From NCBI GenBank assembly GCA_046563655.1, contig CM102286.1, positions 13,268,001-13,332,000 on the forward strand: 64,000 bases of DNA. Direction: 5' to 3'. Below the pieces are notes generated by a model. That model was not told where the DNA came from. It saw only the letters and a program-made list of their open reading frames with translations, and did no database searches. This document shows, one piece after another, positions 24,190-35,855 of the stretch. The translations under genes were made by a program, and so were the position numbers. The stretch's first letter is position 1. Each line of letters opens with the position of its first letter. Source of the stretch: Yuukianura sp. NJ FZ-2021. Taxonomy: Eukaryota.

Positions 24190-25416
24190 TCAAAAACTTT
24201 TGAGCAAAATGGCAGCCACGAGAAACTGGAAAATTTGAAACGTGGTGCGAAGTTGTACTGAGGCAGTTCCTCCTCCTTTGACGTTGCTTGGACGCTTGCA
24301 GTCAAATCGCACTTGCGAATTGGTTTGGTTTGTAACGTTCCAAGCAATAGGACTTGGCTTCCAGTTACCCATGGCCAGTTGTCGAAAATTCTTATACTGA
24401 AAAAAAAATCATGAACTTAGTAATTTTGTAAATGAAGTTTTTCGAAATTTCTACACGCTTGACTTACTTCTTCTTCAGAAATTTTCTGTTTCTCAACAAA
24501 TTCGATGAACGTGAAGGCGTTTGAGCAAGAGTCGGGTCCAGCACCGTCGTAACGGTTCACACGTTCCGTAGAATCCGGCAAAATTGACTTCAACTTGAGC
24601 TTCAATGACGTATTAGTTCCATTCAGAAGCTTAAATTTCTCACTTTTGTCCTTTGTTGGGCCGATCTTTTAAATTCGAAAACGAATAATACACAAATTTT
24701 ATATACATCTAACTATTATACATAATAATAACAAATAAAATATATAATTGATAGATGGCTTACAGCACGACTGATAATGAAGTAGCGACTGTAGCCATGT
24801 TCTCCAGGAAGAGTTCGCACATGCGTAATCAGAATCCGAGCGGATTTGCTGTCAAAGGCAAAAAAACCGAATTCATCCCAATTAACTTTTCAAAATTAAA
24901 ACTTAAAATTTAAATTGAAAATTCAATTTCTTTCAACTAACTTCAAAAATTTGTAATCCTCTTCAATCTTGCTATCTTCATCAACGAATTTAACGCTGTC
25001 AAAGAAGTAGTCCAAGTCAGAACGATGGTCAGTCAATTTGTATTTAAAAAAATCTTCAGATTTGTTCAATTTCCAGCTAGAACCACCTCCTGGAAAAAAA
25101 AACAACTTTAAATTTATTTCAAAGTTTACGAAAAAAAAATTTTTTTCTTAAAAAAAAACTGACCAGAGCCTGCTTCTAGTGTTAGTGTCGTCTGAGTCGC
25201 ACAGTACGGTAAATCCAGCCGCACAGTATTGATTCGGTTCGGTCGTCCGGGAAAAACCGTCTGACAACCGGTATTGGAACCGGTCATGTTTGGCGCCTGC
25301 GTCGGATTGGCTTCTGACGGTGGCGCTGCCGTGCCATTACCTTGACCATGGACTTCCACTGCCGCCAAAACGCAAAAACCGAAAATCAGAATTCGGACAA
25401 AACCGGCGGGAATCAT
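24190..25416 (-). CDS. Uncharacterised signal-peptide protein with hydrophobic C-terminus (putative GPI-anchored glycoprotein), 5 exons, about 296 aa
   Basis: Exons 25416-25164, 25089-24942, 24848-24764, 24665-24468 and 24396-24190 are in phase (891 nt). N-terminus MIPAGFVRILIFGFCVLAAVEVHG, several N-x-S/T sequons, C-terminus GGGTAS...TFQIFQFLVAAILLKSF*. Confidence 0.83.
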
Positions 25417-25967
25417 TTTGAAATCGGACAAAACTGCCAGTGTTCAAAAACGGCGCCGCTGCTGCTGCTGCTGCACTGCAAGTCTGAAAGCACCAAATTC
25501 AAACTCACAAAAACTCAACAACACTGCAGAGCCTAAACAACTTTTCATAAGATTCCGTAGCCATGGCAACCAAAACTTATTCTTCGCAGAATTTTTATTT
25601 CGCAACAAAGCATTTGATGCTGGAAAATGTGCTTTTTTAGCCTTCTGGTAACATGGTGGTAATAGGTATAAAGGCTTCTAAGTTTTAGATTCATGAGCAC
25701 ATCCGACTAGACAAATTCATTAGAACGGAGCAGAAACATTATCTAGGACATTAAACGCCTCGCGCTTGCGTATATCGTGATTTCCTTCAACTACAAAATA
25801 CCTGACCGAAACATAACGTTTTCAGTGAATACAAAATGGCAGTCTACAACTCAATTCAACATTAAATAAATCTAAATACAGGATAAAGGCAAGAGACTAC
25901 GGTTCGTCTACTACAAAATTTTGAAACTTGGAACAATAAATCACTTGATTTAGGGCAAAAAAATTAA

Positions 25968-27744
25968 CCCGTAACGGCCTAATAGATACCACCCAGGTAT
26001 GCAAAACTCTGTGTTTTGAAAAAATTTTTAAACGATTTTTGAGCCAAAAAACCCGAAAAATCAATAGCTAGGCTATAAAGACTTCGTCAAAATGATATTT
26101 TGGAAATTTTTTCGCATCCAAAACCGTTCATTTTCCATTTTCGAAAAACTACGCAGTAAGCGTCTTTTTTCTCGTATAAAATTTTTATCTTTCTAAATTT
26201 GCATAAAAGATAAGGCTTGGCGTCGGGCTCTGTTACCGTAATCTCACTTTTGTCTGGCGGAGCTGTATATTTCTGATACTGGGCGAACCTATGAATTACG
26301 AATTTTTGCACCACTACATCGTTTGGAAAACGTAAAAATGGCGCCATATTGAAGACACGTGAAAATTCACGGCGCGAATCGCGAATAGCGCGGATTTCCG
26401 CAGCGGTAAGGATATAATACACAAATGTGTTCTTGTGGTTGAGACAACGATTGCCAGACGCCATCTTGGTTTTCACGCGTGAAAATTCACGGCGCGAATC
26501 GCGAACCACGCGAAATTTGAATAAAACGCGGATTTTGACGCATACTGGCGCTGACATCGATAATTGGCCGCCATCTTGATAGCACGTGAAATTTCACGGG
26601 GCGAATCGCGAAATTTGAGGAAAACGCGGATTTTGACGTATACTGGCACTGAAATCGATAAATGGACGCCATATTGAAAGCACGTGAAAATTCACGGCGC
26701 AAAAGTCGCGCCGCGTGAAATTTGGGTAAAATACGAATTGGACGCCACCGGGCATTGGCGTTGACTTTTTCAAGTCCACGGCGCCATCTTGTTCATCCTA
26801 CGACGCTCAGAAAACCGTCAAAAACATACGGAAAAAAGCGTACGGTTCCAGGAAACCGCCAAACATGAACGGAAAAAGTGCACGGTATTACAAAAACGTC
26901 AAACATGAACGGAAAAAAGTGCACGGTATTACAAAAACGTCAAACATGAACGGAAAAAAGTGCACTGTCCCAAGAAAATGTCGAAAATGTACGGGAAAAA
27001 GTGTACCGGTCAGAAAAAAGTTCCAAAAATGTACGGGAAAAAGTGTACCGGTCAGAAAAAAGTTCCAAAAATGTACGGGAAAAAGTGTACCGCTACGAAA
27101 AAGTTTTGTGGCAGCAATTATTCTTTATTTTCATCAACGTAATATACGGATCTCGCTTTTTCGCGGTTCGCGCCGTGAAATTTCACGTAAAAAACAAAAT
27201 GGCGGCAGTGCACTTGAAAATGGCAATAGCAATGCCCAGCAGCTTCGGAATCACGTTTTTCACTAATTTCGCGTGGTTCGCGATTCGCGCCGTGAAATTT
27301 CACGTCCAAACAAGATGGCGGCAATGGACTTGAAAATGGCAATAGCAATGCCCAGCAGCTTCGGAATCACGTTTTTCACTAATTTCGCGTGGTTCGCGAT
27401 TCGCGCCGTGAAATTTCACGTCCAAACAAGATGGCGGCAATGGACTTGAAAATGCCAGTGGCAATGCCCAGTAGCGTCAACATCGCGTTTTTCACTAATT
27501 TCGCGTGGTTCGCGATTCGCGCCGTGAATTTTCACGTCCAAACAAGATGGCGGCAGTGGACTTGAAAATGTCAATGTTAATGCCCAGTAGCGTCGAAATC
27601 GCGTTTTTCACTAATTTCGCGTGGTTCGCGATTCGCGCCGTGAAATTTCCGAATGAGCCGGACTAGTAAACGCAGAATTACTGCCTACCACCCAGGTATC
27701 TATTAGACAGTATGGTTCGGGCGATGAGCTTAGGTACTGACGGG
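25968..27744. mobile_element. Non-autonomous foldback-type element: inverted arms of ~100-117-bp subrepeats around a central 40-42-bp minisatellite
   Basis: Left-arm units (GCCAT[A/C]TTG...CACGTGAAAATTCACGGCGCGAATCGCGAA, ~26343-26790) are the reverse complement of right-arm units (TTCGCGATTCGCGCCGTGAAATTTCACG...CAAGATGGCGG, 116-bp period, ~27160-27650). Terminal inverted match CTAATAGATACC (25979-25990) / GGTATCTATTAG (27695-27706). CpG-rich relative to the flanks; no transposase ORF. Exact ends uncertain. Confidence 0.75.
26820..27105. repeat. Central A-rich 40-42-bp minisatellite of the foldback element, about 7 units in two subtypes
   Basis: AAACATGAACGGAAAAAGTGCACGGTATTACAAAAACGTC units (26861, 26901, 26942) grade into AAAATGTACGGGAAAAAGTGTACCGGTCAGAAAAAAGTTCC units. 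Confidence 0.9.
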
Positions 27745-28218
27745 TTTTAAGTACTGATTTTTAGCTAAAAACTACACAAAAATAAACAAAAATGCTTTGA
27801 ATTTGGACATGGAATTGGAAAATTTGGATTTCTACTGAAAAAAGTTCTCTCATAGGTACAAGAGCTGCCAAGCAGGAACGAAAATGGCACTTTTGACCGT
27901 AACTCCTCAAGTATACGGCAACAAAACCTTAAATACTTCCAGATATCACATTTGTACTGCACTACTCGAGGATTTAAAGTCCCTCCCTACTAAACAACAT
28001 TGCTTGTTTGCTCAAAATAACAAATTGTGCAATAGTTACTTTTGCGCAGTAAAACAATAGAAGGCTTAAACATCTAAAATATAACAATTCTTGCCACTAA
28101 CGATATTACCTACGTTAGACTTTTAAGTAATATACTACGGGAAACAGCAGATTCGTCTCAGGAGACGTTAGAAACAAGTTTTTCAAGAAATGGAAGAAGA
28201 ATGAAGATGAAGTTGGTA

Positions 28219-31200
28219 TTATCCTTCTGAGAGCATTCGATCCAGTACTCCCGTTCCGGGTTTTGGTGGAGCCATGTTTCGGCTTTCAGTTATGCTGATT
28301 TCGGCAGAACCAATCTTCGACGATAGGCGAATACACTGAATAAAAACACTAAACAATTAGCAAAACACACAAATTACATGACAATTTATGAAGAACTTGT
28401 GAAAAACATACCTTAGGTTTTGTAATTTCAGACTGACTTGAAGACGGACCGCTAAAACTGCTGAGTTTAGCTACCAGTGAGTCGTACATCCCGTACAGAG
28501 CTAGAATCACAAAAATTGTTAGTTTTTCTAAGATTACAACGGCAACTTATAAGTGATTTTCTACAAATGCAAACAGAAGCGTGATAAACCGCAAATGTAA
28601 GCAAATCAATGCAAAATAAAATACAAACAAAAGTTGCAGCAATTACTTCTAAATGATCTGTTTTCATTGGGTTTACTATTCGTTGGAGAGCTGGGTCGAC
28701 TATTTCCTTCAATCGGTGAATTGTGCGGCGTTTCACATCGCTGATGCTGCTGGTCGTACTCCTTACAGTCATCCAGATCCTGGAGTTTACAACTGAGATT
28801 AGACTCACCGGAGATGGACAGCCCACAACTAGGCACTGGACTACTCCCTCGTGAAGAGAGGGAGTACGTGGAAAAATTACTGCACAAGTCATTCGTGTAT
28901 ACCGTCGTAGTGGAGTCTCTACGGTGGTTCCAATTGGTTGACGTTGTGACAAAAGTGAATACGGGTGCAGTGGAGGTAAAATTTTGAAGAACTACTTGCT
29001 CTGAACCAGTTATGGCTAATAGGGTCTACAAATACAGACGAAACCAAAACATTTCACACTGAAACTAAAACACAAACATTTTTCAAAAATCAATGCAATT
29101 TCAAAAACTTACATTGCATTCTAATGAACATAAAGACTTTTCCACACGCATTTTCACTCCAGGTCGACTTTCGAGTAAACTTCCTAAATGTGGTGTGGCT
29201 AGAGAGCTCCACAGTTGGAGTGTCGAAGAGCCTTCCAGAGGCTTGACAATTTGGAGTTTCTCGGGCATGCGCCAGCCGGGAGTAGAACACGTTCCCGGTG
29301 AACCGCAGAGAGAAAGTACTGAATCCGAACTAGTAAAACTAAGCGTAACAGGGTTGATGAGAACCATCATGTCTTGAGCACCAGTAGTGGATGACTCTAG
29401 TGATGGTTGCTCAGAGAATCCGGAATTGTATCCAGATGAGGCTCCAGAAGCGAGCATCAGATTCTCTGAAACAAAAAAAAATATGAAAAAAGTTATCAAA
29501 ATAAAAAAAAAACCCTTCAGTTACAAAATGGACGCTAACTCACTTTGAGAGTATGATGCACTTGGTAGTTTCTGATTCACCGATCGCACCATGTCGAAAC
29601 ATCGTCGAAAATATTCCGATGAACTTCTTTGTTTTGCCAAAGAATTTTCGATTTCGTAGGCAAGAGAATCGAAGACAGAAACCAGATTCATTCCAGATTC
29701 CTTCTGCTGTTGGGCCTCTTTCAGTTGATCTTGTGTTTCTTTTAGAATTTCAACTACTTCTATGTAATTCACCTAAAATTAAAGAATTTTAGGATCATTA
29801 GCTCAACTGTACAAAACATAATTCGGAGGTTGAAAAAATTCTTTTACCTTAAGATCTGCTAATTCCGCTACTAGTTCATTCTGTGCAACTTTCAAAGCCT
29901 CCACGGTCCGCTGCAGCTCCAAGTTGTCATTGAATACTTCCTTGTTCACCAATTTATGATCTCGCACCTCATTCTCCAACGCTAAAATCTGCTCCTGCTG
30001 TGTCACAGACTCTTCCGTCTTTCGCTGAAGCTCGTCGCTGAGGAACGTCACCCGGGCATTTGATTCGCCTAGAAAAACATAACCAAAATTACAGTCTATA
30101 GTGCATCGGATTTAGAATTTCTACGCGGGAAGGTCCTACCAAGGCGTTTAATGGCGTCTTCCACAAGGTATCGTTCCTCCACTTCGCAGTGTTCGACAGT
30201 CTCAACAATTCTGCAGGCTTCACTCCTCAGCGTGTTATTTTCTTCTTCCAACAAGGCCACTTTTCGTTCCAGCAGCGATGCCACAGACGCCAATGGTGTC
30301 GGGGTTGCTGCAAAACAAAGATGGTAATGCTTAGCATTGATATTTTGAAATTTCTAATTTAAAAAACAGTTTAGCTTACAGGCTTTGCTGGTTTCCTCAC
30401 TAGGACCATTGTCATACAGTTCTAGAAGTTGAGTTTTGAAAACTAATTCATGTTTCAATTGAGTAACGGCCTCTTGACTATCCTTGTAATCAGATTCGAC
30501 AATTTCAAGCCTCTCTTCAAGTTGTCGGTTCTGCTCAAGGAGTTGCTGTCCAATCCGTGCCGCTAGTTCTAAGTCTTTCTCTTTCTAAAAAAAAAGAGAG
30601 CAATATGTGAATTTTAGAATTTTTAAATTTTAAGAATTGCAAAATTGTGAATCTTTGTTTACCTCTTCCAATAATCTTTGCACTGCATCCACGTCAGCGT
30701 ACGTCTTGGTCATCTGTGACACGCGCGCACCACTCAGCACTGTAACAGAATCATTAGACGACGTTATTAATCCTTTATTGTGATCATTGAGTCTATCCTG
30801 TACTTTGTCACAGATCCAGTCCATTGTTCGCTCAACCAAACACAGATCACATAATGACCAGAAAAACCACAATAATTTCACAAAAGAACAGTTTTTTGAT
30901 TTCTCACAAAAATTCCACTACAACCACCAACTTTTTAGAAAAAAAAATGCAGAAAAAGTGGACAGACTATTGACGCAAGATTACCAGAAAAACTGCACAA
31001 ATGCACTTGAACAACTTCACGGGTGTCAAATTGTAAAAATAAGCACAAATAGATGATCTGATCTGCAGGGATTTAAGCGCCTAGCACATCATTGACGACA
31101 TGTAAACCACTCTCCACCAAACTGATTATGCACATTGCGTCACACTCTAAAAAAAATCTCCAGTAGTTGATAATTAAGTTCACTTTAAAAGTGTGAATGA

Positions 31201-33188
31201 GTCGTTTGAAGAACAATTCGATAAAAACCACATTAAAAAAGTCACGTAGTATTTGTGTTCAACTTTTACAATTTCCGTCACAAGAAACTAGAAGTCACTC
31301 CTCTGAAAAACTAACTTTTAAAAATGCCTTAGTTTTTTTCCAAAATGGTTCCGAGTAATAAATTCTACGCATATTGGAGAAGTATTTCTGCATAACAATA
31401 CTGAAATAAGAGCTAACCCAGATGTCAAATCACTCCTACGTTCTACCAGTGCCAAATCTGGCATCATTCCTAATCCTTGGCATGTTTACGCTTAATTCTC
31501 AACCGTGGACGTGAGATGAAGATGCTTCCCGTGAGACCTGCCGATAATAATGCTTCCAATTGCCACTGCATGCTCCTCAACAATTATGAACTGCTTTGTG
31601 CTTGGTTCCTAATTATCGTTATTATCATCCCTGTATTTCCCATTTTCAATACAGTACTTCACCTTCAGCTTATATTTCCATCTCATCACTGTCAAATTGT
31701 TACCAAGTTGGCAATGGAATCTGCTCAAGGTGAAACCTCGACTGGAATACAATAATTTCAAAAGCATAAATTCCCAAAGCAGTACAAATATTTTGACGTC
31801 TTTAACTTTAACATGGCATTGAATAATGACTTGCAATATTTCTTAAAAGAATTAACAAAAAATACTAGAAAAATCCCACCGCCGTGGCTAAAGAAAAACG
31901 ATTTTGCGCAATGGAAAAAAAAAGTCCAGAAGTTAACGTGAATCTTGAATGCGAAACTAAAGAAGTTTTTCCTACACCAAATGAAGCCGAAGAGGAAAAC
32001 TGAAAACTCGCTGTTCACTTTTAGTTAATGCCATTAGTACCCGATACAAATCATGAAACACTTGAAAATTAATCAGTGAGTTCAATAACAGATTCAGGAG
32101 TTTCGAATATGGATTAAAATGACAAATTTAAGCTCATCCCATTGTAATTGTAACATGATTTCGGCGGAACCAGTTTGAGATATCATGGAGGAGGCTAACC
32201 TGCTTATACTGGACAGCATACGGAATGCGGAATGACAAAAACATAAACCTGTACCGACGAAAATATTCGGAACCTTGAATTTAACACTAGTGGTCACGAA
32301 ATGCTATTCAGAAACTCACTCATACGCACTTCAGTTAGTGTCAAGTATTACAATAAATCTAAACTTTGAAAGTGTTTCCGTGCCGGAAGTTCAGGACAAC
32401 CCCCTACAACGCTCATTCTCAATCCAATTTCTATTCAAAAGTAATTGCGTAAAAGATCAGGAAATAAACATCGCCAAAACTTACACTTGAATCCAGAAAT
32501 ATGAAAAGATTCACTTACAAAAGTATCCTAGTGTTAGGTACGCTTGTTCCGGAGTAACCGGAGTGTAGTCCTCGAGGGCTGGATAAGGAATCCCAACAAA
32601 ATCTGTGTTTGAGTAGCCTAAATACATCATCAAAGTAAAAAATGAATGAACATTATAAACTTTTACACATTGCATAACCTCAAACTTCTGGTCGTAACAA
32701 AACAACTCACCTCCAAACTTCGTTAGGGTGTCAGCTCGTAGCTTATATTTTGGAATCTGTTCTTCTAGCAGGGATAAAATTTCGACTTCGTCCTCGGGGT
32801 GACTGTCTTTTGTTATCCGGTCCTCTCCACAATGCACGTCTGTCAAACACCCCTTCTCTTCCGAAATTGTATCGCTAATGTTTGAAACACTTTTACTGGA
32901 GGGAAATCCTTTAGATGAGTTACTACTGGCTCCAGCCGATCTCAGCAAAGCGTCGCAAGAAGCAAAGTAGTTTCGATACGTTGTAGGACTTTCAGTAGTT
33001 GTCGATGTAGAGAATGATATGGGTTGAATGTGGCTCCGATTGTCTTTTACGTAATCATCGCCGCTCTGTGTTACCTCAGCCTTACGCTGAGCCACATTGA
33101 GCAGTAACAGAGAACTTGGCTTTTCTTGTGCAATTTTAGGACCTCCCGGACCCCGTGACGAAGCCAGCTTACTCAATCAAGGGAACAT
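28219..33188 (-). CDS. milt: Milton / trafficking kinesin-binding protein (TRAK; HAP1_N + Milton domains), multi-exon, start codon uncertain
   Basis: EVEILSLLEEQIPKYKLRADTL, RVSQMTKTYADVDAVQRLLEE|KEKDLELAARIGQQLL, long coiled coils, and the Milton-domain motif MPEKLQIVKPLEGSSTLQLWSSLATPHLGSLLESRPGV. The last exon ends ...PGTGVLDRMLSEG* at 28219-28221. Confidence 0.92.
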
Positions 33189-35855
33189 CTGAAAGGAAAA
33201 CAAACTTATCGTTAGTCAAACAAGATCCGAACTTTAATGATTAGTTTTAGTTTTCATCAATCTTACGTTTTTTATAAAAATGAGACTCGACTCGAAGGTG
33301 TCAATGTTGATGTGTGCTTAGGGGTAGCAGTAAACTTTTGATTGATTCACTCCGATTGTAAAGAAAACAAAATGGAATCGCACAGTACCCCCAATAGAGG
33401 TACTCATTTATTCAGTCCGGCAAGATCTTCCAATTGTGTTAGTAGTTCCTTGAGGGTTCTGAAATTCAAAGAAATGTTCATTACAGCAGGAGTTAACTCT
33501 CTGAGATCACTCTAATTAATGCTAACAAAACTAGCACGATATTTGCCCATTACGAAAAGGCAGATGCAGCGTAGTCTCAGACAACCCCGTGCCATTTCGG
33601 CGCAAATAAGAACAAGAAAACGAAGGATGCGCTGAATTCAGTTCATACTTAGCATTTTAGCTATGCTTAGGTGCTAAGAATGAAAAATCATGCCATGCAC
33701 GCCTGTCACTAGGGTTGTTTGGAAGTGGAGATGAAAATAACTTACAGAGGTGAGAAGAGGTTAGAACTTAATCATAAACTGCAATAATTGCATGCTTCGA
33801 AAATCAATAGGGATATTTACTTCACACTTCACTTAATTATTTTTCTCACCTTTCCTAACATTGACCAGGAAAACTTCGCAGTACTTCGAGGACTGCGGTG
33901 TAGGTGTTCAATAAAACTTTTTTGTGAATGTAAACTTAAACGAATTAAAAGAAAATTAAATTATGGTTTTTAAAGATACTGAAAAATTTTGGTGATGTTG
34001 TATGCCGCGTACAAACAAATGGATAATAACAAAACAACGCAAAATATTAAGATGAAAAACCAAATCGGCATGAAGCTGAATGGGAAAAGTTTCGTCGTGA
34101 TTAAAAAAAACTGATGTTAGTTTCCTTTCGAGTAGTCTTTGAGGACGGCACTAACTATGCTTTGTGGAATTAAACTGTTTGTGGTGCTCAATGTTACAGC
34201 TTTCTTGTGTGCTGTTTAGGAAGGAAATATTAGTAACGGAATTGGTGTTGTAGTCGTAGTTGAAGTTTACTGCCTGAACTGTTTCCGTCCCAGAACGAAT
34301 CCACAGAAACACAATAGATTAAGAATAACATTCTATGCGTTGGGGCTGGCTGGGTGTCTTCAAAATATTGCCATATCTGTTTCTTACCAGTTGTACTTCT
34401 GCACTTAATGTTTTTTGGCACCTTACTCAATTGGCACTGACAGATATGAATGAATCAGCCCGTTCGACTCGAGTAGACCAAAGAGAAACTGTCGATGTAT
34501 CCTACAACAAAAAAAAAAACAAAGAATAATACTTCTCAACCGTTGTAAAATCAGCGCATCGTGTCATCTCCACACCAATTCGACTTTAGTATGCCGTTAA
34601 CCATTGCATGAAATGGGAAATACCAATGAATCATTGTAAATTGGCTCACTTGTCTGTGGAATTTGGAGTGGATTCGTTCAACCCTGAAGGTTTATGTTAG
34701 GCTAGGCTCCAATTCCGAAGGAAATCACCCACACACAACAGTTTTGTTTACTTTTTACGGATTCCTTACAGATAGAAGAGACAGAAAAAGGAAGATCCAG
34801 GATGAACTGACCTTTATGCGTGTGAAATCCGAAAAGTCATATGATGCAAAAGTGTGAAGATGAAGATCTTCGAAGAATGAATGGAATTTTTTGGAGCAAG
34901 GACACCCCACTCTTGCTAAAATTGTAGGAAAAGTGACGAAAATGAAGATTTGCGTGCGAGACAGTAAAAATCTAAGAAAAGGGTGCTCCTTGGAATGAAA
35001 TGGCATAAGAAGTGCCATTCCAAAATCAAAATCTTGCAATTTCGCCAATTAAAATAATTATTATATTAATTAATAAGTGCTGTTTCTGAATCGAATTGCA
35101 TTTGATTTAAAGGATTCTTAAATTTTATGTTTTCTAAAAATTAAATTATATTTATATTATACAAATCTCCATTTATATCACAAAAGTATTCAATATAATT
35201 TTGAATTGTAGTTTTATTTTGTAATTCGTAGAATTATTTTGCAATTTCAGAATCGCCATTCTGAAATCGATTCCGGACTGCACAAAAAGTTACTTTTGTT
35301 GAAAGTCACTTTTGTACAGTGCTGGGCTTAGACTGACTAATTAATAAATAAATGTTTAGAAATTGGTTGAACTTGGATTAAATTTAATTGCGGTTGAGAC
35401 ATTAAAGACTAGAAATTAGAACTTAAAAAATATTCTTTAATTTGCATTACTAAAAATATTGAAGTTTCATATTTTAAAATAGATGCTGGAAGGTGTTAAT
35501 TACAAGCGGGAAATGTTGATGTTTCAATTTACTACAAGTAGCTTCTGGGGTGTATTTTTGTGAAGTTTATGTTTTCATTGTTAAAAAAAATTCTGTCAAT
35601 AGTCATCTGTTCGTATTTCAATCATATGGTTGCTCTTTACTAAATCGTTTATCTGTTTGTGGTTTAATTTAAAGACGTCGTTGGATGATAACCTAATTAA
35701 CTCAGGAAGTTTAACGGAAAACGAAGGTATTTGCGGTTTTCGCGGACAAACGGGCGAGATGCGGTAACTGGAAAAACACTGCGTATAATCGATTTGAATA
35801 CATTCGGATCTTGGATTCATTGAGTCGCAGAATAAATCGTATGGTGAACAACTGA

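Noticed and set aside
26087..27348. Several ORFs inside the foldback element
   Set aside because: They are translations of tandem subrepeats with no transposase, recombinase or reverse-transcriptase motifs.
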